The notes below the pieces were generated by a model. That model was not told where the DNA came from, searched no databases, and worked only from the letters and a program-made list of their open reading frames with translations. Positions 11,055 through 22,193 of a stretch of 38,343 nucleotides of DNA are shown piece by piece. Origin of the DNA: Callorhinchus milii (Eukaryota); the NCBI RefSeq assembly GCF_018977255.1, contig NW_024705508.1, positions 1-38,343 of the forward strand, read 5' to 3'. The position numbers and the translations under genes are program-made. Positions within the stretch are counted from its first letter, which is position 1. Every line of letters starts with the position of its first letter.

Positions 11055-11625
11055 GGCAGAAGGTCTTACTCCTCCAGGTCTTCACGTCCACCTGTTTAGC
11101 TTGGCAAGCCGACACATAGGCCTGCAGACTGTCGCACAGCATCTTGGTGTTACCATTGGCCTTACACAGATCATACAGGCAATCTTGGAAGTACTGCTCC
11201 GGGTCAACAGTGGAGTGACATGCTCTCAAAGGGCTATCACTGGCGGTCAGGAAGCCACAGAGACTGACCCCTTTGAAGACGTTTATCTTGTTCTGCTCAC
11301 ACACAGGGCACTGGTTACCGCATCCGTCGTCACACTTGGCTCCCTGGACAGGCACCTTCCAGCCTTTGCAGAAACTCGTCACGTCATCAGCCTGCTTGTC
11401 ACTAGGGAGCAAGAACTCGTCCTCCCGGTCGCCATTGAAGTTGCCGCACAGGCCTCGCATCTTGCCCTGGTAATCACCGGGCACCGTCACCACCACGCGG
11501 TAAACCAGATCGTAGCTGACCTCCAGCCCGAAGTCAGTCTCCACCACTATCTTGTTTCCGTGCTGGCTGGCACGGATTTTACCTCCGTCTATCTCCAGGG
11601 GCAAAGTGATCGCAACCCCATCAAC
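11055..11625 (-). CDS. FCGBP: vWD5 C-half plus C8 exon
   Basis: 571 nt, VDG...MRGLCGNFNG...WRSKTFC, gtaagt donor. Confidence 0.92.
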
Positions 11626-11971
11626 CTGCGATCAAACACAACATTAATCAGTCATCAGTCCTCTCAAAAGGGCAAGCAGCGGTTTCCAATGGTTGGGGAC
11701 TTTTAGAAGGAAATTTGTATTCAAAGCATCTCAGTATGATTCTACTTGCACGAGAAAACCCATTTATCTGGACTTGAACCCAAATGAAAAGTAATAATAA
11801 TCCTTGTATCTGATGTAGTGTCTTCGAGATGTCTCAAAGCGCTTCACGGGATATACTGTAAAGTGTAGTGACTGTCAGCGCCTTGGGACGTCCTCTGACA
11901 TGAAAGGCGCTATCCAAGTGTAACCTTGTTGTTGTTGTTGTTGTTTGTGATTGGCATCTCCAACCACGTAC

Positions 11972-12576
11972 CTGAACGCTCCACTTGACTCCAGTCTCCA
12001 GGATAAGTTTGTAACCGTACACATCTACCTCCACCAGCCTGGTCACGGCCACCTTACTGTTACCGTAGCTTCTGTTTTCCACGTTGACGGTGAACGGTGT
12101 CAGCCATTTCTCCTGCTCCCACACTTTGGCCAGGGTGTAAGTACAAGTCCCTTCGAAATCAAACGCCAGGCCATCAAAGGAGCGGTAATGGAGCACTCCA
12201 GCTGCACTGCAGCTGCCGGTGTCAGGCACGTCAACCAGGAGGCACCCATACCGGCCATTCACCAATCGACATTCATGTTTGGGAGGGCAGGTGAAGTCGG
12301 TGCGTTCCACGATCCCGCCCGGCTGACACCGGCATTTCCCAGAGCACTTCTCCTCGCAGAAGAAGCTCTCCCTGGCCTTGTAGTACTCTCCCTTGTAGAC
12401 GCAGCCGCAGGCCTCCAACGGGACACACTGTTCCCCGCTCAGAACGAAGCCCTCGTCACACTGACACCCTTCCCTGCAGCCTTCGTCGCACTCCCTGGGC
12501 TCCAACAAACTGGTGCAGGTTTCAGGGCAGCCAGAAGCACACAACTCGTAATGGCTGTTCTTGGGGCAAGATTGAG
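11972..12576 (-). CDS. FCGBP: TIL-TILa-vWD5 N-half exon
   Basis: 605 nt, QSCPKNSHY...CSAAGVLHYRSFDG...WSVQ, gtacgt donor. Confidence 0.9.
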
Positions 12577-13125
12577 CTGTCAACCCACAAGGGACATGGT
12601 GTCAAACGTCACGTCAGAGACTTCAACAACAACAACTACTTGTATTTACACAGCGAACCCTCGCGCTGAGTAGCGTCCTGGATCGCCTGACGGTGATGGA
12701 GCGCGAAACCGAGTCGTGAGGAGGGAAAGGGGAGGTGACCGTAGGCACGTAAGGTCGAAGAGGAAAGGTCTTCAGGCGGAATCTGAAGATGCGGAAGGAG
12801 GGAGGGACGATGGCGGAGGAATGGGGAGAGTGTGACAGTGTTTCGGGGCGCAGTGGCTGAAAGTGGCGCCGCTGATGGTGGAACGGAGGTCATGAGGGAC
12901 AAGCTGAGTGGAGGCAGTGTGTAGTGGGTTGGGGAGTAAGTCTGTCGGAGAAGTAGGGAGGTGCCAGGGCATGAAGGGATTTGAAAAGATGGGGTACGGA
13001 GTTTAGTGTGTGTGATAAGGAGTGATCAGGGCCTGGCGAGGCCTCGGGTGATGGAGCAGCTGCTCTGTGAGTCCCACACGTCAGTGAGGAGGGTGCAGAG
13101 CGTTGTTGGCTTTGCCCATACTTAC

Positions 13126-13687
13126 GGCAGAAGGTTGGGGTCCGCCAGGGGAACAGCTGGACCCCAACGTCTTGACAGGCGGCTGTGTAGGCGGTCAGAG
13201 CGTCACACACCACTGGGGCTCGGCCTTTGTATAGACAGGCATCGAAAAGGCAGTCGTCAAAGTACTCGCTGGGTTCCACCTTGGCCAGGCATAGTCGGAA
13301 AGGCCCAGCCTCGTCTTTGATGGGCCCACAGAAGGCGTTGGTCACGTAGCGCTGCTTCTGCTCGATGTCACACTGGGGACACTTGCCCTGACACTGGCTG
13401 CTGCAGCCTGGTGTGGTGGCCACCTGCCAGCTCTCTCCAAACTGGGTGGGGTTGGGAGCTGGCTTGCCCCCCTTCATGGTCAGGTCGTTCTGCTTGTTCC
13501 GGTCAAAGTCTCCGCACAGCCCACACACCTGGCCGCTGTACGTGCTGGGCAGAGTGACGGTGATACGACTGCGCCAATCGTACGTGACCCGCAGGCCGAA
13601 ATCCGTCTGCAGGGTGGCTCCCCACCCGCTGCGGTACACACTCACCCCGGCCACGGTCAACGGCAGGTTGGCTAACACCCCGTTCAC
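13126..13687 (-). CDS. FCGBP: vWD4 C-half plus C8 exon (recent repeat unit)
   Basis: 562 nt, VNGVLANLP...VCGLCGDFD...WRTPTFC, gtaagt donor. Confidence 0.92.
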
Positions 13688-13799
13688 CTGTAGGACAGAC
13701 ACGATGCAACAACAGCAACGTCAGTGCGAGGTCGTGTAGTGCAGTGGTTAGAGCGCTCGCATCTTTGTCGTCAGAACGGGGGAGTTCAACTAGTTGTAG

Positions 13800-13998
13800 T
13801 AAGAGCAGGTGGGAGTGGTTCTAGTTGGGGCAAGAGCGGGTGGGAGTGGTTCTAGTTGGGGTAAGAGCGGGTGGTAGTGGTTCAAGTTGGGGCAAGAGCG
13901 GGTGGGAGTGGTTCTAGTTGGGGCAAGAGCGGGTGGGAGTGGTTCCAGTTGGGGTAAGAGCGGGTGGGGGTGGTTCAAGTTGAGGCAAGAGCGGTAGA
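13800..13998. repeat. ~30-bp G-rich minisatellite (aagagcgggtgggagtggttctagttggggc); sister arrays at ~15980-16230 and ~18295-18430 with different copy numbers
   Basis: Direct tandem repeats in each triplicated intron. Confidence 0.9.
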
Positions 13999-14100
13999 GC
14001 TCGACTAGTTAGGGTAATTGCAAGTGGGAATTGGACTAGTTGGTAACTCTACTAAAGAACCGGCACAGGCTCGAAGGGCTGAAGAGGAATGAAGACTCAC

Positions 14101-14699
14101 TATGATTTTGCCGGTGTGCTGCCTAGTGATGACCAGCGTGTGGTTGTAGACCTGGACCCAGGCCAGCCGGGTGTAGGACACGGCCTTGTTGCCCCTGTTC
14201 TCATTCTGCACTCGGACCTCGAAAGGCTCCAGCTCCTTGTCGTCACCGCACAGCGCAGAGAAGCGGTAAACACAGGTCCCCATGAAATCGTAGGTCTTGC
14301 CGTCGAAGGTCTTGTAGTGGGGGTCTCCTGATGCCCGGCAGGTGGCATAACTGACCGGGTGGCAACCCCTTACTCTCTTCAGCACCTTGCAGGTCTCGCT
14401 GGCCTTGCACTTGTGGGGCTGACACAGGACGTTGTTGGTCAGAGGGTCGCATGTGCACTTGCTACTACAGCTGTCGTCATCCCAGAAGCTCTCCCTGGCC
14501 TTGTAGTACTCTCCCTTGTAGACGCAGCCACAGGCCTCCGACTGGACACACTGTTCCCCGCTCAGAACGAAGCCCTCGTCACACTGACACCCTTCCCTGC
14601 AGCCTTCGTCGCACTCCCTGGGCTCCAACAAACTGGTGCAGGTTTCAGGGCAGCCAGAAGCACACAACTCGTAATGGCTGTTCTTGGGGCAAGATTGAG
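14101..14699 (-). CDS. FCGBP: TIL-TILa-vWD4 N-half exon (GDPH)
   Basis: 599 nt, CRASGDPHYKTFDG, canonical splice sites. Confidence 0.92.
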
Positions 14700-15305
14700 C
14701 TGTCAACCCACAAGGGACATGGTGTCAAACGTCACGTCAGAGACTTCAACAACAACAACTACTTGTATTTACACAGCGAACCCTCGCGCAGAGCAGCGTC
14801 CTGGATCGCCTGACGGTGACGGAACGCAAAGCCGAGTCGTGAGGAGGGAAAAGGGAGGTGACCGTAGGCACGTAAGGTCGAAGAGGAAAGGCACAACCTG
14901 AAGATGCGGAAGGAGGGAGGGACGATGGCGGAGGAATGGGGACAGTGTGACAGTGTTTCGGGGCGTAGTGGCTGAAAGTGGCGCCGCTGATGGTGGAACG
15001 GAGCTCATGAGGGACAATCTGAGTGGAGGCAGTGTGTAGTGGGTTGGGGAGTAAGTCTGTCGGAGAAGTCGGGAGGTGTCGGCATGAAGGGATTTGAAAA
15101 GAAGTGAGAGAATGTCGAAATCGATCCGTTCGGACACAGGGAGCCAGTGAGGCCTGGGGAGATGGGAGATGGGGTACGGAGTTTAGTGTGTGTGATAAGG
15201 AGTGATCAGGGCCTGGCGAGGCCTCGGGTGATGGAGCAGCTGCTCTGTGAGTCCCACACGTCAGTGAGGAGGGTGCAGAGCGTTGTTGGCTTTGCCCATA
15301 CTTAC

Positions 15306-15867
15306 GGCAGAAGGTTGGGGTCCGCCAGGGGAACAGCTGGACCCCAACGTCTTGACAGGCGGCTGTGTAGGCGGTCAGAGCGTCACACACCACTGGGGCT
15401 CGGCCTTTGTACAGACAGGCATCGAAAAGGCAGTCGTCAAAGTACTCGCTGGGTTCCACCTTGGCCAGGCATAGTCGGAAAGGCCCAGCCTCGTCTTTGA
15501 TGGGCCCACAGAAGGCGTTGGTCACGTAGCGCTGCTTCTGCACGATGTCACACTGGGGACACTTGCCCTGACACTGGCTGCTGCAGCCTGGTGTGGTGGC
15601 CACCTGCCAGCTCTCTCCAAACTGGGTGGGGTTGGGAGCTGGCTTGCCCCCCTTCATGGTCAGGTCGTTCTGCTTGTTCCGGTCAAAGTCTCCGCACAGC
15701 CCACACACCTGGCCGCTGTACGTGCTGGGCAGAGTGACGGTGATACAACTGCGCCAATCGTACGTGACCCGCAGGCCGAAATCCGTCTGCAGGGTGGCTC
15801 CCCACCCGCTGCGGTACACACTCACCCCGGCCACGGTCAACGGCAGGTTGGCTAACACCCCGTTCAC
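15306..15867 (-). CDS. FCGBP: vWD3 C-half plus C8 exon (recent repeat unit)
   Basis: 562 nt, near-identical to 13126-13687. Confidence 0.92.
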
Positions 15868-16404
15868 CTGTAGGACAGACACGATGCAACAACAGCAACG
15901 TCAGTGCGAGGTCGTGTAGTGCAGTGGTTAGAGCGCTCGCATCTTTGTCGTCAGAACGGGGAGTTCAACTAGTTGTAGTAAGAGCAGGTGGGAGTGGTCT
16001 AGTTGGGCAAGAGCGGGTGGGAGTGGTTCTAGTTGGGGTAAGAGCGGGTGGTAGTGGTTCAAGTTGGGGCAAGAGCGGGTGGAGTGGTTCTAGTTGGAGA
16101 GCGGGTGGTAGTGGTTCAAGTTGGGGCAAGAGCGGGTGGGAGTGGTTCTAGTTGGGGCAAGAGCGGGTGGGAGTGGTTCCAGTTGGGGTAAGAGCGGGTG
16201 GGGGTGGTTCAAGTTGAGGCAAGAGCGGTAGAGCTCGACTAGTTAGGGTAATTGCAAGTGGGAATTGGACTAGTTGGTAACTCTACTAAAGAACCGGCAC
16301 AGGCTCGAGGGGCTGAATGGTCTCCTCCTGTTCTTATGAGAATCTATAAGAGTCTATGGATGTATGAGAGGATCAGCCTCACGTGAAGAGGAATGAAGAC
16401 TCAC

Positions 16405-17003
16405 TATGATTTTGCCGGTGTGCTGCCTAGTGATGACCAGTGTGTGGTTGTAGACCTGGACCCAGGCCAGCCGGGTGTAGGACACGGCCTTGTTGCCCCT
16501 GTTCTCATTCTGCACTCGGACCTCGAAAGGCTCCAGCTCCTTGTCGTCACCGCACAGCGCAGAGAAGCGGTAAACACAGGTCCCCATGAAATCGTAGGTC
16601 TTGCCGTCGAAGGTCTTGTAGTGGGGGTCTCCTGATGCCCGGCAGGTGGCATAACTGACCGGGTGGCAACCCCTTACTCTCTTCAGCACCTTGCAGGTCT
16701 CGCTGGCCTTGCACTTGTGGGGCTGACACAGGACGTTGTTGGTCTGAGGGTCGCATGTGCACTTGCTACTACAGCTGTCGTCATCCCAGAAGCTCTCCCT
16801 GGCCTTGTAGTACTCTCCCTTGTAGACGCAGCCACAGGCCTCCGACCAGACACACTGTTCCCCGCTCAGAACGAAGCCCTCGTCACACTGACACCCTTCC
16901 CTGCAGCCTTCGTCGCACTCCCTGGGCTCCAACAAACTGGTGCAGGTTTCAGGGCAGCCAGAAGCACACAACTCGTAATGGCTGTTCTTGGGGCAAGATT
17001 GAG
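16405..17003 (-). CDS. FCGBP: TIL-TILa-vWD3 N-half exon (GDPH)
   Basis: 599 nt, near-identical to 14101-14699. Confidence 0.92.
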
Positions 17004-17618
17004 CTGTCAACCCACAAGGGACATGGTGTCAAACGTCACGTCAGAGACTTCAACAACAACAACTACTTGTATTTACACAGCGAACCCTCGCGCTGAGTAG
17101 CGTCCTGGAGAGCTTAACGGTGATGGAGCGCGAAGCCGAGTCGTGAGGAGGGAAAAGGGGAGATGACCGTAGGCACGTAAGGTCGAAGAGGAAAGGTCTT
17201 CAGGCGGAATCTGAAGATGCGGAAGGAGGGAGGGACGATGGCGGAGGAATGGGGAGAGTGTGACAGTGTTTCGGGGCGTAGTGGCTGAAAGTGGCGCCGC
17301 TGATGGTGGAACGGAGCTCATGAGGGACAATCTGAGTGGAGGCAGTGTGTAGTGGGTTGGGGAGTAAGTCTGTCGGAGAAGTCGGGAGGTGTCGGCATGA
17401 AGGGATTTGAAAAGAAGTGAGAGAATGTCGAAATCGATCCGTTCGGACACAGGGAGCCAGTGAGGCCTGGGGAGATGGGAGATGGGGTACGGAGTTTAGT
17501 GTGTGTGATAAGGAGTGATCAGGGCCTGGCGAGGCCTCGGGTGATGGAGCAGCTGCTCTGTGAGTCCCACACGTCAGTGAGGAGGGTGCAGAGCGTTGTT
17601 GGCTTTGCCCATACTTAC

Positions 17619-18180
17619 GGCAGAAGGTTGGGGTCCGCCAGGGGAACAGCTGGACCCCAACGTCTTGACAGGCGGCTGTGTAGGCGGTCAGAGCGTCACA
17701 CACCACTGGGGCTCGGCCTTTGTATAGACAGGCATCGAAAAGGCAGTCGTCAAAGTACTCGCTGGGTTCCACCTTGGCCAGGCATAGTCGGAAAGGCCCA
17801 GCCTCGTCTTTGATGGGCCCACAGAAGGCGTTGGTCACGTAGCGCTGCTTCTGCACGATGTCACACTGGGGACACTTGCCCTGACACTGGCTGCTGCAGC
17901 CTGGTGTGGTGGCCACCTGCCAGCTCTCTCCAAACTGGGTGGGGTTGGGAGCTGGCTTGCCCCCCTTCATGGTCAGGTCGTTCTGCTTGTTCCGGTCAAA
18001 GTCTCCGCACAGCCCACACACCTGGCCGCTGTACGTGCTGGGCAGAGTGACGGTGATACGACTGCGCCAATCGTACGTGACCCGCAGGCCGAAATCCGTC
18101 TGCAGGGTGGCTCCCCACCCGCTGCGGTACACACTCACCCCGGCCACGGTCAACGGCAGGTTGGCTAACACCCCGTTCAC
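17619..18180 (-). CDS. FCGBP: vWD2 C-half plus C8 exon (recent repeat unit)
   Basis: 562 nt, near-identical to 13126-13687. Confidence 0.92.
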
Positions 18181-18602
18181 CTGTAGGACAGACACAATAC
18201 AACAACAGCAACGTCAGTGCGAGGTCGTGTAGTGCAGTGGTTAGAGCGCTCGGCCTGTTGGGCGTAAGAATGGGGGAGTTCAACTAGTTATGGTCAGAGC
18301 AGGTGGGAGTGGATCCAGTTGGGTAAGAGCAGGTGGGAGTGGATCCAGTTGGGGTAAGAGCGGGTGGGAGTGGTTCTAGTTGGGGCAAGAGCGGGTGAAG
18401 GGTGGTTCAAGTTGGGGTAAGAGCGGTAGAGCTCGACCAGTTAGGGTAATTGCAAGTGGGAGTTGGACTAGTTGGTAATTCTACTAAAGAACCGGCACAG
18501 GCTCGAGGGGCTGAATGGTCTCCTCCTGTTCTTATGAGAATCTATAAGAGTCTATGGATGTATGAGAGGATCAGCCTCACGTGAAGAGGAATGAAGACTC
18601 AC

Positions 18603-19201
18603 TATGATTTTGCCGGTGTGCTGCCTAGTGATGACCAGTGTGTGGTTGTAGACCTGGACCCAGGCCAGCCGGGTGTAGGACACGGCCTTGTTGCCCCTGT
18701 TCTCATTCTGCACTCGGACCTCGAAAGGCTCCAGCTCCTTGTCGTCACCGCACAGCGCAGAGAAGCGGTAAACACAGGTCCCCATGAAATCGTAGGTCTT
18801 GCCGTCGAAGGTCTTGTAGTGGGGGTCTCCTGATGCCCGGCAGGTGGCATAACTGACCGGGTGGCAACCCCTTACTCCCTTCAGCACCTTGCAGGTCTCG
18901 CTGGGCTTGCACTTGGCTCTCACGCAGTCCAGTTTCTTGGTCAGTGGGTTGCACCTACACTTTTTGGTACATTGGTCATTGCCCCAGATGGTCTGATCGG
19001 GTTTGTAGTACTGGCCGTTACTTGTGCACCCACAGCTCTGCTGGCTAACACAGTTGCCTGCACTCAGCACATAGCCTGGCTTACACCGACAGGACTCCAC
19101 GCATGGCTGCCCGCAATTGGCCTCGGCCTGTGGGTCAGTGCAGGTGGCTGGGCAGGCACTGGCACAGGCTTTGTACTCGCTCTTCGCCGGGCAACGCAAC
19201 C
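18603..19201 (-). CDS. FCGBP: TIL-TILa-vWD2 N-half exon (GDPH)
   Basis: 599 nt, LRCPAKSEY...CRASGDPHY. Confidence 0.92.
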
Positions 19202-19435
19202 CTGCAAGATAAAAATGTCACAGAACTTTTATCAATACTCATCCTTGCGTTTGATGCATCACGTCTTCGAGATGAACTCAGAGCGCTTCACAGGATACAG
19301 CGTAAAGTGTAGCGACTGTACATGTTGTGGGGCAGCCCCAGCGACGACCCACAACCAGCCGTGGATTGAATTGACCAATTTATCGTGACTATTACTATTA
19401 TTATTATTATTATTGGAAGGAATTGAGCCACTTAC

Positions 19436-20003
19436 GACAGTTTGAGGGAGTGCGCCAGTCACCAATGTCAGCTCCTTCTCTCTGACAGTCCTCAGTGTAC
19501 ACCTTCAGTGCCTGGCACAGTTGCTGGTGACTCTTGACCAGGCACACATCGTAGACACAGTTGGTCACGTAATCTGCAGGGTCGATCCTGTCGTGACAGT
19601 CCTTGAAGGGGCCATTAGGCTTGGAAATCAGTCCACAATTGGACACCGATTGATATTTCTGTCTGTTTCTCTCATCACAGACTGGGCACTTCCCTTTGCA
19701 ATTGTCCCAACAAGCCTTGTCACCGTCGTTCACCTTCCAGCTCGCAGCAAAGTCGTTTGGCGCTGACGCCACCTGACCACCTGGCGTCTTGAAGTCGTCG
19801 TCCGGCTTCCCGTTATAGTTACCGCAAAGCCCGCAGAGTCTGTCCTGGAAACTGCTCGTGACCCTGACCTCCAGGTGATGATTCCAGTCGTATTTCACCT
19901 TGAGGTCAAAGTCAGTTTCCAGCAACATGTAGGAGCCGCTTTGAAACAGCTTGAGTTTCCCATCATGGAGGAGAAGCGGCAGATTGGACTTGAGGTCGTT
20001 AAC
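19436..20003 (-). CDS. FCGBP: vWD1 C-half plus C8 exon
   Basis: 568 nt, VNDLKSNLP...LCGLCGNYNG...WRTPSNC, gtaagt donor. Confidence 0.92.
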
Positions 20004-20049
20004 CTAGGTGGGAAGATGATAAATAATAATAATAAATTATAATAATAAT

Positions 20050-20071
20050 CGTTGGCCGAGTTTCCTTACTC

Positions 20072-20103
<32 letters not shown>

Positions 20104-20895
20104 CCTGTTTACCTAGCAGTGAGTACGAACCCGCTTATTGATCGCTTCTCCAGGGGTAATAATCCCTCCAAAAATAAATACATCAATGCATAAATAATAA
20201 TGCGGTCACTCAACACGCGGCTGTTTGTGGGTCGCTGTTGGGCGCAATCGGCTGCCGCGTTTCGCCCACAAAATAAACAGTGAATTCACTTCACAGTATA
20301 TTCTGTGAAGCGCTTTGAGACGTCTCGGAGACGTGATAAGGCGCTCTATCACATGAAAGGATTATTATTATTATTGTTATTATATCAGATGACACCAGTG
20401 ATGAGGGACTACAATTATGTGGAGAGACTGGAATTGTTCTCCTTAGAGCAGAGATTTAATAGAGGTGTTCACAATTATGAGGGGTTTTGACAAGAGTAAA
20501 TAGTAATAATCCTTGCGTTTGATACAGTGCCTTATCATGTCTTCGAGACATCTCAAATAGAAGACATCTTCATCGGATCCACTGTCAAGTGTCGTGACTG
20601 TGCGTTTTCTGGGCGAAACACGGCAGCTAATTGCACATAGCGACATCCTCACACACAGTCGTGGATTGAGTGACCACGTTTTTTAAAATATATTATTCTG
20701 GAGGGATTATTGCCCTCGGTATACGATCTGCCAATCCACTAACAAGCCGGTTGCTACTTACCGCTGGTAAACAGAGGCGTGGGTGTGTGTGTGGTGTAAG
20801 GAAACTTGTCTAAGGTTTCAACCTGACCTGACCCACCCGGGAATCGAACCTGGATCCTCTCGTTTGCGAAGAGAGTGCTCTAACCACTGCGCTAC
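20050..20895. mobile_element. Two tRNA-SINE copies in opposite orientation (~20050-20385 plus, ~20505-20895 minus) with a short CR1 scrap between
   Basis: Family core gtttccttactccac and tail gtgataaggcgct...att repeats on both strands. Confidence 0.75.
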
Positions 20896-20932
20896 TACAC
20901 ATATAAAAGGGGTCAGGTTACAATCAACTCAC

Positions 20933-21261
20933 CCTGACTAGGCTGTGCTCCCTCCTCAGTACAGTAATGTTCAGATCATACACATAAATATTGACCAGAT
21001 CGACGTAAGAGACTTTTGTGCTGCCTCGGTTAGCATTCTTGGCCTCGACTTTGAAGCTCGGGAGAGAAGTTTCCGTGCCACAGGTCTTGGCAATGGTGTA
21101 CTTGCAAGTTCCCTGGAAATCGTACTTCTGTCCATCGAAGGTGCTGTAATGTGGATCACCCGATGCCCAACACACCGCTCCGCCGATCGGCTGGCACTCA
21201 GCCTTGCCGTTGACCACCCTGCACTTTTCCTTCGCTACACACTTGGTGTAAATGCACGGAT
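20933..21261 (-). CDS. FCGBP: Cys-rich linker plus vWD1 N-half exon (GDPH)
   Basis: 329 nt, DPCIYTKCVAKEKC...CWASGDPHYSTFDG...LVR, gtgagt donor. Confidence 0.92.
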
Positions 21262-21679
21262 CTGAAACTATTCGTTTAGGATAGAGAGAGTGCCATCATG
21301 TTCGGCAACACCGACTTGCATTTACACAGTGCCCTTCCCCCCCCCCCCCCATGCAGAGCGCCACGCTGGGATTTGGGAGGGACGGGGGGGGGGGGAGTGA
21401 CCGTAGGTACGGTCAAAGAGGAAGGCAGGCGGAGGGCGGGATTGAGGGAGAGAGTGACAGAGTTTTGACGGTGCAACGGAGGGCATGAGGGACATGCAGG
21501 AGGCCGCAGGCAGTCGAGCGGAGGCAGTGGGGTAGTGGGTTGTGGAGTAAGTAGGTCGGAGAGGTAGGGAGGTGCCAGAGCGTTAAGGGATTTGAGGACG
21601 AGTGAGAGGGTCCTGAAATCAGCAAAGTGAATGCGAGTCACTCGCCACGGAGGATAACATAATTTATGTGGACAGAGAG

Positions 21680-22170
21680 TGTAGAGGGAGCGCTACTGTG
21701 TCTGTAACCCTGACCTGGGAGAGTGGACGCACAGTGCAGAGGAGCTTTACTGTGTCTGTAACCCTGACCTGGGAGAGTGGACACACAGTGTAGAGGGAGC
21801 GCTACTGTGTCTGTAACCCTGACCTGGGAGAGTGGACGCACAGTGCAGAGGAGCTTTACTGTGTCTCTAACCCTGACCTGGGAGAGTGGACGCACAGTGC
21901 AGAGGAGCTTTACTGTGTCTCTAACCCTGACCTGGGAGAGTGGACACACAGTGTAGAGGAGCTTTACTGTGTCTCTAACCCTGACCTGGGAGTGTGGACG
22001 CACAGTGCAGAGGAGCTTTACTGTGTCTGTAACCCTGACCTGGGAGAGTGGACGCACAGTGCAGAGGGAGCTTTACTGCGTCTGTAACCCTGACCTGGGA
22101 GAGTGGACACACAGTGTAGAGGGAGCTTTACTGCGTCTCTAACCCTGACTTGCGGAGTGTGGACGCAAAG
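21680..22170. repeat. ~54-bp minisatellite, about 9 copies (ctgtgtctgtaaccctgacctgggagagtggacgcacagtgcagaggagcttta)
   Basis: Direct tandem repeats starting about 25 nt into the intron after the IgGFc exon. Confidence 0.92.
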
Positions 22171-22193
22171 CATAGAGAGAGAAACTGATTTAC

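Larger units (their letters stand above)
12361..18915. repeat. Intragenic tandem triplication, unit ~2.2-2.3 kb, each encoding one TIL-TILa-vWD-C8 module
   Basis: Near-identical exons and introns at periods of 2180 and 2313 bp. Confidence 0.95.

Noticed and set aside
7674..18232. Long plus-strand ORFs (e.g. 7674-8285, 11101-11706, 11951-12673)
   Set aside because: They are antisense shadows of GC-rich FCGBP exons, with no independent motifs or splice logic.
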